A DNA stretch of 64,000 nucleotides from Octopus sinensis (lineage: Eukaryota), in the NCBI RefSeq assembly GCF_006345805.1, contig NC_043012.1:40982001-41046000 (forward strand), in the 5' to 3' direction. Shown here piece after piece: positions 1 through 12,013 of the stretch. Below the pieces are notes generated by a model, which had not been told where the DNA came from, searched no databases, and was given only the letters and a program-made list of their open reading frames with translations. The position numbers were made by a program, and so were the translations under genes. Within the stretch, counting starts at the first letter, position 1. Each line of letters begins with the position of its first letter.

Positions 1-1285
1 TGAAATTTGTAAAGAATATTGATAAAGCTTATAGTGTTTTTCATTATTATCGATGAAAACCTTTCACACTTGTTTTGCTGATAAATTTACATTTAGATAC
101 AATATATATATATATATATATATATATGTGCTTCCTACGCTTTTGTTTTTCATATCAAAAGAATAAATATGTACATTTGTGTTTTATTGCAATTATGGTT
201 TGACACGGACGTTAAGAGTGTAACATTTGAACGCTTGATAAGATCGCTGTTGTATCATTAACGACGAGTGGACAAACAGCAAATCTTCTCTAATGAAAGC
301 AGGTTAGAGATTCAAACAATGCCGCTAGGTGTCGCTTTGAAAGAAGTCGGGTGATTAACTGCTACGGTTTATTTCGCATCCGATTTCCATCGATGCAGCC
401 CTTTACTAGCTGAGCAATTCCACTCATGGTAACTCCAGGAATTCAAAATCACTCAAGAGGATCTGGACATGCACCAATGATGATTACATTAGTAAATGCA
501 GTAAAGCTTTCTGGGCCGTGAATTGGCAGACTCAGTTGAGCCAAAGTTAGAATTGCTGTCGCTGCTTGTTTCACTTAAATGAGATACGGGTTGAAATCCC
601 ACTAAGATCATATTTGCCTCTTATCCTTTCGGAGTCGATAATAAATTACCAGCCAAAAATAATCCGGTATAATGGAAGCTTCGAGGTGCATTATGGTATT
701 TCTGCTGCTTCCTTGCGTTTCGAGTAGACTTATCCGATTTAAACCCAGCCTCTTGGGTGTCTTTAATTGATTTCACTCTACGGAGTGATTTTAGCCTACG
801 GAAATGTATTTGGGTTAAGCCTTTGGTCTGAGAATAACTTCCTCTCACCAGTCCGAGTTGGGGAAGAACTGAAACATAGAAAAAGACATGGCCGTTTCAA
901 TCTCCGACTCTTCCGGTAAAAAATGACAAGAGGAATAGTAAAAGCAAACTTTTCTAACGAAGAGTTATTGTAGGAAGCAATAATGTTGTCTTAAATTTCA
1001 AAGCGACCAGAAATATAACCAACCAGCCAATCAACCAATCAACAAACTCTTCAGGATTAGCAATTTTAGTGAGATATCTGACAATATAATGATGTTTCAT
1101 TTCGTTGAAATTATTTAAGTGAATTGTATTGAGGTGGTTGACGAAGATTTTAAATGAAAATGTTTGTAACTGCGGTCACCCATTAGATATTATAAAATTA
1201 CAGAGTGACACGACAGAATATTGAAACTGGAACGTCACTGAGGCATTGCAGTTCTTCCTGTAGCTTCAATATTACCAAGAATTCT

Positions 1286-1504
1286 AAGGCGGTGAGCGTG
1301 CAAAATGGTTAGCAGGTTAGGCAAAATACTTAGCGGCGTTTCAACCGTCTTTACGCTCTGAGTTCAAATCCCGCCGAGGTTGACTTTGTCTTTCATCTTT
1401 TCGGGGGTCAATAAAATAATACCACCAGTTGCGTATTGGGGTCAATGTCATCGACTTATCTCCTCTCCGAAATTGCTGGCCTTGTTCCAAACTTTGAAAC
1501 CAAT
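1286..1504 (+). mobile_element. tRNA-derived SINE, family A (window-local name)
   Basis: Head aaggcggtgagc.., B-box-like GAGTTCAAATCCC, body gactttgtctttcatc..ggggtcaataaa..ccagtt..ggggtc, tail aattgctggccttg..ttgaaac. The same body recurs more than 20 times in the window. Confidence 0.8.
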
Positions 1505-2901
1505 ATGTAACAAGGCTTGCTTTATTTCATCGAACATCGCACTCCAATCGTTACAGACGTTTCCCATATGTCCATTTAGCTGATTTCCGTTATCATATAT
1601 AACAAGGAACGTTGATGAATTGTGGTTGTCTTTGTGGTTGTCGTTTCCCAAATATTTCAGTCAGTTCCGTCTCCGTTTCATAAAAGTCACAAAAGGTAGC
1701 GGAGTAGAATTCTAAGTTGCAAATACTTTGAGCATCATTAATGTTTTATATAGCTGTCCAGTTTCGAATTACTTAATTAAAAAAATCAAAAACAGTCGCA
1801 TACATTTGCAGGTCGTAATTCTAAGAAAGCACAAATAATTTATTGTTACATAATTGTAAAATGTTTTATAGTTAATTAATTTGATAATTACATTATCATT
1901 TCGTTTGTTCAATGACCGTAATCGCAAATCAGAATCCGTGACATTCATGTTCTATTTTCTTAATATCAGTGAGAAAAAAAAACAACTTGTTGCTGCAAAT
2001 GTCTTCGTTTGACATTATGGTGTTTGTGTCGTTACTGTATATTAGCCATGGCGGTGAAAAAGGAGCGAGAAAATGTCAAGATTGCATAAAATTCCTTCGA
2101 ATAACATTTAAAAAGAACGCAGGCCGTGATCACGTGTTGTTTATGTATTGGTGAGGTGAGATAGATCGTTGACATTCCGTTAACTGAGATCTGATAACTG
2201 CTGGTATGTATGATATGATAGCATCTACTGGTTAAGAATTATTTCTAAAGAATATTGTTATCTTTATTACGTAGAAATAGGTTTTGAGTAGACTTGGACG
2301 CTTGCCTTATTGAATTAATTTATCAGAAACGAATAAGAACGGAATTAAACATATGCGTTGAAATTATAATGGAGATTCAGGGAAGTAGAATCAAACTTCC
2401 AAAAATTAATTCATTAAGGCTAATTGAGGGCGGTCTGATCAGACTATGGTTCTTTAACGTCTTTTGTCGTGAGCGAGAATCTTTTTCTTCGCGACAAACT
2501 GCAGCAAAAGAGGCCTTACAGGTTCAAAGATCTCAAACATTTGCACAGGTTAAGGTTTGCTTATTATTCAATAAGTTCACCGACTGTTGAACGTTTGGAA
2601 TTCCTATGTCAAATAATAAGAACTAACAATGGTAAAGCATTATATGTATTGTGGACTATGGAGTGTGTGTTAGTAATATCTGGGGAAATCCTTATGTAAT
2701 AGGTACAAGTGTTGCTGTGTGATTAGGTGATTGCTTACAACCCTCTAGTCCTACGCTTGCTCCCTCTTTGCGGTTTCTTAGCCAAGTGCCTTCCAATATA
2801 CTTATATATATACACAAACACACACGCACACAAACATGCACACATATACACACAGACACAGACACACATACATATACACTTAAATATATACGTACACACA
2901 C

Positions 2902-2964
2902 GGACCGTAATCACTCGGTAGCTGCGGCCGAGATATCCCCGGGGATTTCGGGCGATTACGGTCC
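2902..2964. repeat. GC-rich compound palindrome (outer 11-bp inverted repeat plus two inner hairpins)
   Basis: ggaccgtaatc (2902-2912) / gattacggtcc (2954-2964); ctcgg (2914-2918) / ccgag (2928-2932); gatatccccggggatttc (2932-2949). Confidence 0.85.
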
Positions 2965-5540
2965 TTGTTAGTATGTATGCATACAATTATGTGCTTTGGC
3001 CGCAGCATTAGACCGCTTTAGCTCCTATTTCTAGCAATGTAGGTGTTTCTAACAACCATAGACATATTTAATGACAATTATAGTTTTCCTTTTAGGTAAA
3101 ACCCTGTATACCTCAACCTATATTAATTATATATATATATATATATGTTAGTTGTTCCAGTTAATGGACTGCAGCCATTCTGAGGCACTGCTTTGAAGAA
3201 GTATTTCAAGCTTCGAAAACATACAGCCATGCCTTCACCTATATGTGTGTGTGTGTGTGTTTGTATGTGTTTGTATTAATATATTCGTGTACTAGTTTCA
3301 AGTTACCTTTCACACTTCTAGAATCTGTAGATTAAGAAATCGATGATATTGGTTTAGGTCAATTAGGATGAAATTTCTTATGATTTTATTGAAAAGAAGT
3401 TTCTGACGAACAACGGAAATGATCATTGAAAAGCCCGTAGCAGGCTCCCTCTAGTTATTTTAACCAACCTCTCCCCGCCATTCACATCGTTAATGCCCTT
3501 GTGAACGTGATCAAACGATTACTGTCCTCCACCACCTCCACCACCACCACCACCACCACAACAAAACCCAACAAAGAAGAGTCTTTTGTTTGAAACAACG
3601 ATAAGATTAAGAAGCCAGAAACTTGACAAATTTCCGAATATTCTCTTTATGCAATTTATGCTCTTTATTTCAACAAACCGATAAAACCTCTGACGTGTCG
3701 GGAGAACACTTTCGCTATTATTGTTGTTAATATCAACTAATAAACCACATGTAACAACGACGACGCCGACGAAGAGGTGGAGGAGGAGGAGGAGGAGGTA
3801 TTGAACTAGTTTAACCTTTATGTGCATAAAGTATTTATCGAAGGCAATATTGTAATTTCAAGAAAGGGATAATAGACGCCAAAGGAACATACTATCAACT
3901 GAATGGAAACCAGTTATTAGCGTCTTAAAATTACAGGGTAGATGTTGAAATATGGCCACACCAGTCAATTTTCGCCGTCACTTTATTGATTTCCATTTAA
4001 ATTTGACAACTTGAGTTTTGTTCTGATCTTGTAAATCATGCATGCATTATTAAAACCACAGATGGTGACACTGAGACACCACTCCATTATATTGCTAGAT
4101 TATATAGGGCATTTTGCTAAGCGTCTAGGTTTCTGTTTTATTGTTTTGTATCTATACAGGATGCAAATTAATTTAATTTCCCCCTTTCGCACAGCTTTCA
4201 TCTCATCGAGTTTCGATTTAGATACATAAAATGTCGTACGCGCTATATAACATTTAGTCGAATGTTTTGTTTTGAAGTAAAATTTATAGCGGCTACATCG
4301 AAGCAGAAAAATAGGTGAAAACCCAATTAATTAAATGCAGTCGTTTCGTATTTGTTGTTGACAACCAACAGATTCAGTGATTTTTAGATGTAGACAACAC
4401 AATCATTGTTACTAATGTCTACGTTTGTAAACGAAAAGACAAAAAAGAAGAAAAAGAGAAAAAAAAAGGGGAGAACAGCAGAGTATTGGTGGGAATTTGG
4501 TTGCATAGAAATAACTACACGTAAAAGAAACTATGGCAAGGAAGAAACGAACTGTAAGAGACAGGGAGATTGAGACGAAGCGATTCTGACCTAAATACAT
4601 CGACAAACAGAAAAATAAATCGTTAACAGCTTCGTTCTGTTGCCGGAAACGAAGAAATCCGTTGTCACATTACCGATAAGAAGCAGAGTACAAGCTTTCC
4701 AGAGATATGGAACTAAGCTAAACAATGTCCCCACCACCACAAAAAAAAACAACAAAAAAACAAAAAAAAACCCAGAACGACAACGAAAAAAACACTGTTG
4801 TTTTATAATTTTTATTTATCCCTATTTACTTTGATTTTTGAAAATTCTCTTTTTTTTTTTTTCCAATGGAACTCTAATCATTCTGCTGTGACATAAGCAT
4901 AATTCTGTCACGGCTCTTTAATATAAGTCATATTTTTTTGTTTTAGGTTTTGTTGTTGTTATTAGATATTTTAGGTGACTTGAAATACTTTCAGCGTAAA
5001 TAACCTTCGTTAATCAATGAAATGCATTAGAGTGCGGTGTTGTTTACACGTTCACCTGAACTTATGGAATTCTCCAAATGTATCTAAAGCAGCCATCTAA
5101 CCAATAATAATAATAAGAAGAAGAATAATAATAAAGAATGATACTAATAATAATAATACTTTAAAACGAAAGGTCACACAGGATTCCCACTTCCATACTT
5201 GTTCGAGCTGAAAGTGTTACGTGGGCGATCTGTATTTCATAGTTTGATCTCTTAAAGTGTCCTTGTCAAAGTTAAATTGGCTTCATCGAACAAGTGAATA
5301 CTATCGAATTCCATTCTGCTCTATTTTATTTCAAGAAAGTTGTTTTCGAGAAATAATGGTTGCTACTCGATCAGAGTGTTAATTCGTTAACTTGGCCCTT
5401 CTTCAAGTGATTAACTAGTTCTGTTATATATTATCTTACCCAAATGATGTAAACAGCTTAATGAAACGTTACTAATTCATTCATAATGAGATCTACAATG
5501 ACTTTCAAAATGATCGTTTCTAGAGATGTATATTTTAAAG

Positions 5541-5615
5541 CAGAAGACCCCAAACACCGGTTCGCGGGCCAGTACTGGGCCGTGAATAATTTGGTGCCGG
5601 GCCGCACAGAAAGGA
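5541..5615 (+). mobile_element. 5' terminus of a hAT/Charlie (MER1-like) DNA transposon, truncated
   Basis: CAGAAGACCCCAAACACCGG..CGCGG..AGTACTGGGCCGTG..CCGGGCCGCACAG resembles the recalled MER1/Charlie3 left end. It is preceded by the 8-mer ttttaaag, which fits the nTnTAnAn Charlie target pattern. No right end was found. Confidence 0.5.
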
Positions 5616-5644
5616 TAAGTTTAAGTTTGTATTATATATATTCC

Positions 5645-6035
5645 TTTCTACTATAAGCGCAAGGCCTAAAATTTAGGGAAAGAGGACAACGACTAGTCCT
5701 TGACTAGTTTTGACTGGTACTTATCTCATCGACTCTGAAAGGGTAAAGGCAAATTCACCTTCTACTGTATTTGAACTCAGAACGTAAACCCTGAAGAAAT
5801 GTCACCAAACATTTTGTCCGGCGCGGTAACAATTCTGCCAGCTATCACCTTAGCTTAAAATTTTGGCACCCCACCTCTGCAATTTCGTGAGAGGAGATAA
5901 GTATATTACATCGATCCCAGTGTTCGACGTGGTACTTATTTTATCGACCCCGAAAGGATGAAAGGCAAAGTCGTCCTCAGCGGAATTTGAACCCAGAATG
6001 TAAGGACGGACGAAATTATGTTAAGCATTTTGCCC
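5645..6035 (-). mobile_element. Two adjacent family A SINE copies
   Basis: Reverse-complement family A bodies (tttgaactcagaacgtaa; atcgaccccgaaaggatgaaaggcaaagtcg), split near 5852. Confidence 0.75.
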
Positions 6036-6699
6036 TGCACAAAATAAATGACAATCATTGAGTCACAGGTGCTCGCTTCTGTTGACATATAATCAGGTAT
6101 TTTGTCACAAAAGAAGCAAAAATATTTGAACCCTAGTTGTCCACTTCTATCAATATATAATCGTGTATTTTGGAACATAATACACTTGGCTGTTGGGTTC
6201 TACGTGTCTGCTTCTATAAATATCAGAAAAATTGGACCATAAGAAGCTAGAGTGTTCTCACCTCTCTCGCTAACTCTGAGAAAAATAATATATCAAACAC
6301 CACCAACAAATGCCCAGCAATCTGTGCTGCCTCTACGGAATTGCCAGTCTGTTATAAATCACTGATGTCACATTTGCCTCCTTGTAGATAAAGTCTTGTA
6401 GGTAAACCTCGGCATAGACTTTTTACTGGGTGAAGTCAAGCGTCAACCGTAGCTAGCTGAGTAAAGAACTTGTGACAAGCGTAGTCATAATATTTCTAAA
6501 TAGATCATACACTACACGCTACCTGTAATGAAAACTATTTTGATTGCTTCTTGAGTTACCTCTTTTTCAAAAGACTTCAAGTTTTCGCTTTTCGTAACAG
6601 ATTTCATTTTAAAGTTTAACAAGTGTTATATTTCTAATGATTTCTTTCCATTCTTCTGCCTCGGATTTGGGAGGAATAGATACAGAAATTACTGCTACA

Positions 6700-6895
6700 T
6701 ATTTGATGCTTATATAAGGCTGAAGGCTGCACAGGTCGCTTAAACTACAATAAATACTAACAAAATATCCCTCAAATCGCACCATAGTGTCTCAGGAAGG
6801 AAAATAATACGTTAGACAATGAAGTCAAAAACGTTCTCGAAGAATTTAAATGTTTCTCAGTTTGCGGTGACCAGGGGTTAAACATCAACAACAGC
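6700..6895 (+). mobile_element. Retroposon 3'-tail family F ending in (CAA)n
   Basis: ccctcaaatc.cacc..gtctc..ggaagg..ttagacaatg..gacca.gggttaaacatcaacaac. Related copies lie near 12260-12610, 38790-38955, 42370-42560, 48720-48940, 50115-50335 and 52860-52990 (-). Confidence 0.5.
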
Positions 6896-7030
6896 CAATG
6901 CAGAGACAAAAATCAATGTCGACGACGTCATTTCTATTATAGCAGCATCTCACTTATGATATATAACCATTAATTTCTACCCGAGTACACTCTTAAATCA
7001 GAGGAAGATGTAGTTGTCGGCCGAACTCAC

Positions 7031-7187
7031 CGGTGAGCTGGCAGGATCGTTAGCACACCGGGGGAAAATGCTAAGTGTCATTTTGTCTGTCTTCAAGTCC
7101 TGAGTTCAAATTCCGCGGAGATCGATTTTGCCTTTCATCCCTTCGGGGGTCGATAAAGTTGAATCCAGGGGTCGTTGTAATTCACTT
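7031..7187 (+). mobile_element. Family A SINE, 3' truncated
   Basis: cggtgagctggcaggatcgttagcac..gagttcaaattccgcggag..cttcgggggtcgataa. Confidence 0.75.
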
Positions 7188-7389
7188 CCAAGGAATAAAC
7201 ACCGCCTTCCGTGGCTTCTGATACTTCTATCTCTCTTTTAAAAAAAATTCGATTCTAAATATCTAAAGCAAGGTGCGTTGACAGAAATGGTGTAAAGAAA
7301 CAGAATTGAAACCGTGATCGTATTAATTCCAGTCATTATTTAGTTTGAGTATAATGGCAGTATGGTTTGAAATTATCCTTTGTGGGAGC

Positions 7390-7540
7390 TGTTGGGGGTG
7401 TTTATCTTCCCTTCGTAAATATATAAGGACACAGGAAATGTGTCAAGGGTGACAGGAAGCGTCGATGCTTCCTAGGGCTAAATAGCGGTAGTGTAATTCC
7501 CTTACGGGACTGTCACGTTAAGCTGACAGTATACGACCAC
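7390..7540. mobile_element. Solo right arm of the MITE found complete at 15995-16293
   Basis: ggacacaggaaatgtgtcaagg..gcttcctagggctaaatagcggtagtg..gggactgtcacgttaagctgacagtatacgaccac matches 16178-16293. Confidence 0.8.
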
Positions 7541-8770
7541 AATAAATTAAACCCTATCAATATATTCGGTCGATGCAATCGACAAAACTCTTTAACTATA
7601 AACGCTTTAATTTGCGTCATCAGATCTAAATCTTTAATATTTATTAAGTAATCTTAATATAAGAATGCAATTAGATAATTAAAAGGAAAACCTCGTACAG
7701 AGCATCGTTGAGCACAAAATATTCGTGTCAAGTCCCATGCGGAGATCACAATTTTCGGGTTATGAATGTCGTCAACAATGACAGCAGAATGGGACATGTA
7801 TCTCCCCTTCGTCAGTTACGAACCCTAAACCTGTTATTCCCATGAATATGTTTGGTGATATATATAAAATTTGGTGAGGTTAGAATCAAATAAATAATGT
7901 GGCACAAAGTAGCGTTGAATATATATATATTTGATTAGCACGCTTGTGTATATTCGCACGGGATAAGACATTAATATCCCATTCTGGGTTGTCCTTGTTT
8001 GCCTTTATACGAGTTCTCACCTTTGCAAACATTCACATAGGTCTTGGTTTAAGGATAAATTCCTCACACCCACCCCGCCCATTCCTAGAGGGTTTGAAGG
8101 AGGCCATTGGCACTGCTTTTCCTCCCGTAGCTAAGCAATAAAAATACTGCAAGCAAAGTTTGTTTGAAGTTTTATCTGGGTAGGAAATTATTTTTTAAGA
8201 TGTTGCACAATTAAATAAATGGAAATCTAAATCAACATAAAAACCTGATAATTATTTTGAGTTTAATTAGGTAATGGGGAAAGAACGGAAATCCAAATCT
8301 AAGCTAAAAACAAAAACAAACGCCACGAATCTCTGGGGATGTGAAAATAATATAGGTATTTATTCAGTGCCAGAATATCTTAATGAGGAAATAAAAATTA
8401 CACCTGAGACATTCAAAGCTAGTTCTACACGGGAAATGGAATACAACTTATTAAAACCAGGAGGTCTTTTATTTGAAGTTTCTGAAATTCACATGTCAGC
8501 AAGAACATTATGGTGAGTGCAAAATATAAATTACCTTAACAGCTAACTATTAGCTCGTATAGCTTATCATGTTTACCGCTAACTTGGGTAATAGATGCGT
8601 GGATATGTGTGTCCATATGTGTGCGCGTGTGTGTGTTATATCATATTCGTATCATATTTACCCTTCGACCTCTTCCTGCTTTATTTACAGGTGTACGCGA
8701 GTCAGCTTGCTTGTGTTTATGTAATATGGTTTGACTATTTCCTCATGGTTATTAATGTTTGCGTTGAATG

Positions 8771-9237
8771 AGATCTAAAGACGCTGGATCGCCGTTTCTT
8801 GTCAGAATTTCTTGGCAGTTCCAATGCTTTGTTGATTTATTGTTTTTGTCGAAAATATGATATGTTAGCAAGTTCGGGACAGTTCCGAAAACCAGACGAT
8901 TCTATTGCACAGATCGATTCACCCTTTTCGACAGTGTGGAGCGGAGTCTTCTGACTATGGCGAAGGAAATTCTACGTGCCATAAAGGTTACTAATGCCAA
9001 TGCTGAAGAAGATCTGAAGACGGTCGATGACCATTTTCTTGTCAGAATTTCCTGGCAGTGCCAATGCTCTGTTGATTTATACTTTTATGCCGAATATATT
9101 TTAGCAAGTGTGTCACAGATCCGACTACCAGACGATTCTATCGCGGAGATAAATTCACCATTTTCCTTTGACAAGGAGGAGCGGACAATCTTCCTCTGAC
9201 ATTTAACGAAGGAAATTCCATGTGGAACAAAGGTTTA
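8771..9237. repeat. Diverged tandem duplication, ~239-bp period
   Basis: 8771-8990 and 9010-9237 share collinear blocks: ttcttgtcagaatttc, ccaatgct..gttgattta, ccagacgattcta, ggagcgga, cgaaggaaatt, aaaggtt. Confidence 0.8.
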
Positions 9238-9461
9238 AGGACAATGATTATATTCTCAAGTCAAGCTTTTATCAATTTCTTGAAGTATTTCATCAAGATG
9301 AAAGTCAGATGAGAAGAGGTGAGAGACGCTGTTCTGCAGTAAATTTTACGGGAAGTCGGTGCAAGTGGAAGGATTAACCACTTGAAATGAATCCACGCTA
9401 ACAAGAGGACCGAAGTTTAGTGATAAGGGCGGTAAGATGACGTAGGAGATTGATATCTTGT

Positions 9462-9660
9462 ATTTTTCATCTATTACTTGTTTCAGTCTTAGACTGCGGC
9501 CATGCTGGGGCACTGCCTCGACGAGTTTAAGTCAAACTAATCGACCTCAGTAAGTTTATAACCCTGGTACTTATTCTATCGGTATTTATGCCGAACCACC
9601 AAATTGCGGGAACACCAATACCAGTTGTCAAGAGGTGCTGGGGCACAAAAACACAAAAAC
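9462..9660 (-). mobile_element. Family B SINE, 3' half
   Basis: tacttgtttcagtc..gactgcggccatgctggggcac..gtacttattctatcgg..gccgaacc, as in the full copy at 29042. Confidence 0.75.
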
Positions 9661-10013
9661 ACACTAATGTATATATATATATATATCTTCCTCATTATTG
9701 TTACGTTAGTGCATACTAGTTTAGTTAGCGGGTATTTTTTTTCAGAATGTTTAAGAGAAGATTTATTGATATGTTAACATGTGTATCTGTGTGTAGGTCA
9801 AGTATATAGAATAATTGACGGGGCGTCATGAGAACAAAGTGTGCGTTAAGTACATATTAAAATAGCAATGAAGTAGACAGTGAAGAGTCTATAGTGAAAC
9901 GTTAGACGAATGTTCATAGACACAAGAATGAGAAATTTCCAGTTCGTAGTCAATTGTACACTGTAGCTGAAATACTGTATCAAGAAGTTGCGGCCATGAT
10001 GCGAGAGCCGGTT

Positions 10014-10060
10014 GCGGTACATGTCGTACGCGGTACATGTCGTACGCGGTACATGTCGTA
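10014..10060. repeat. 16-bp tandem repeat x3 (gcggtacatgtcgtac)
   Basis: Exact units at 10014 and 10030; the unit at 10046 is 15/16 nt. Confidence 0.95.
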
Positions 10061-10419
10061 AGTGAAGTTGTGGCTGTGATGCTGCTGCCTGAGTCACTTG
10101 CTACAGGAGTTCTCGCAGGTTGTATATTCGCTGTTGATCCATGGTAAAGTAATTCACGAACAGTGCAGTGTTAAAACCTGGGCGAGTTGCTGGTTGAGCT
10201 GTGTACGTAGAAATGATGTTGACGACGTTAAGAAGACAATGGCGGAAGGAAGTGATTGTCGTAATGCTGTTGGACGAAGTTGGTAAGTTTCAACGTGGAT
10301 ACTGGCTGTTTCATCGCTGGAACTGGCTGTGTCTTGTGTGGTCAGTGGTTAGACCTTAAAAGGTCTGGCACGAAAGGCCAGTTAGCGGATATTTTATCTT
10401 GATAGTTGGTGACAACAAA

Positions 10420-10668
10420 TCCTCTCAAATCTCGAGAATCTCCCATTTTGATTCAAGCAGATTACAGAGTGATGTTGTTTTGATATCGACAATGCGACTT
10501 TCACTTCCAGTCTCTTCCAGTCTTTGAAGCAGCATTTTGGCTGTGGTACCAAATGCACCAATTACTACTGGAATAATTGTTGTTTTAGTTTTCCACATTC
10601 TCTTCAGCTTTCTCGTTAGATCCCGATATTTCTATTTTTTTTCTTCAATTTCTTTGGCATCGACTCTA
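10420..10668 (-). mobile_element. Decayed C-terminus of an RLE-type non-LTR retrotransposon ORF (R4/Dong-like)
   Basis: Minus-strand translation HRVDAKEIEEKK*KYRDLTRKLKRMWKTKTTIIPVVIGAFGTTAKMLLQRLEE matches the KE.EK..KY.DL...W....P.V.GA.G motif of restriction-like endonuclease LINEs. It contains an in-frame stop. Confidence 0.75.
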
Positions 10669-10713
10669 TGATATTATTCTGTTTATTTGTTTTGTCGTCT
10701 ATGACCATATTTG

Positions 10714-10773
10714 GTTTTTTTTTTTTTTCTTCTTCTTCTTCTTCTTCTTCTTTCTTCTTCTTCTTCTTCTTCT

Positions 10774-10811
<38 letters not shown>

Positions 10812-10878
10812 TTCGTCTTCGTCTTCGTCTTCTTCTTGTTCTTCTTCTTCTTCTTCTCCTCTTCCTCCTCCTCCTTCT
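10714..10878. repeat. polyT/(TTC)n/(GTC)n/(CCT)n compound microsatellite
   Basis: Read directly; it accounts for the poly-F/V/S/R ORFs in the track. Confidence 0.95.
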
Positions 10879-10884
10879 ACCGAA

Positions 10885-11007
10885 GTTGTCTTTGCCTATT
10901 TTATCCTTCCGGGGTCGAAAAAAATAAGTACCAGTCAAACACTGGGGTCAATGTTATCGACTAACCCCAACCCCGAACATTCTGGCCTTCTGCCCAAAAT
11001 TTGAAAC
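10885..11007 (+). mobile_element. Family A SINE, 5' truncated, followed by (ATT)n/(AGT)n
   Basis: ttatccttccggggtcgaaaaaaataagtaccagtc..ctggggtcaatg..aatttgaaac. Confidence 0.7.
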
Positions 11008-11564
11008 TATTATTATTATATTATTATTATTATTATTATTTGTAGTAGTAGTAGTAGTAGTAGTAGTAGTAATAGTTGGAGGAGGAAGAGGAGAAGGGCA
11101 AGATTTATTACTTTCAAACTCACTGTCGTCGCCAACAAATCGAAGCAAAACGAGATAAAATTAAATAAAAAAAACAAAAGCCCGAACACTATTTGATGTT
11201 GTGTTCGGCTGCTGCTGATGAAGTTTATTTCGAAACTCAAGGAATGGAAATTAAGAAACGTCAAAATATTTGTCTTATCTTTATTAATTGTATGATTTTT
11301 GCAAATCGATATTTTGTATATCAATCAGAATTGCAATTATTAGTTGTTAGTTTTCTCACCAATACATCTAATGATGTTTATTTAATCTGCAAGTGTTGAT
11401 TCTGATATCGGGAAGATCTTTTCTCGGCAACTTCGTTACGTTTCTGTTCGGCAAACGCAATGGATTTTACTCAGAAAGGTAAAGTGAGCCGACATCGTAC
11501 AACAGGTTTGACATCGATTTTCCGGACGGTTTGGTTGCAGAGCCATTGCGGACTTTACAACCAG

Positions 11565-11726
11565 GGAACGGTCGTGTCTTTGTGATAAGAAGTTTGTTTC
11601 CCAACACCGTGGTTCCGGGTCCAGTCCCACTGCGCGCCACCTTAGGTAGATGTCTTCCACTATTTCCACACGCCAACCAAAGCCTTGTGAGGGGATTTGG
11701 TAGACGGAAACTGAAAGAAACCCTTC

Positions 11727-11764
<38 letters not shown>

Positions 11765-11980
11765 TATATATATATAGTAAATAAAAAAAATGAAGAACAA
11801 ACACAAAAAACAACAACGCGAAGACGTGGTACATGTAAAGTATTAGCAGACGCTTGGGGAAGGAAAGAAAGGTGGTTTAACGTTTCGAGCAAAGCCCTTC
11901 TTCAGAAGCAGAGGAAAGTCCAATAGAAAAGGAAGACGGAGGAAGAAAATCGCCAGCGATTCACATGTGGTTGCATTTTG

Positions 11981-12013
<33 letters not shown>

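Noticed and set aside
883-920. Hammerhead-like string on the minus strand (CCGGAAGA GTC-GGA-GATT GAAAC GGCCAT GTC)
   Set aside because: Core U4 is mutated, stem II is weak and stem III is not palindromic; it cannot be told apart from chance.
10014-10060. Possible CRISPR-like array
   Set aside because: Contiguous units without spacers in a eukaryotic context; it is a simple tandem repeat.
11214-11240. CTGATGA AGTTTATTTC GAAAC on the plus strand
   Set aside because: No credible stem II, stem III or cleavage triplet.
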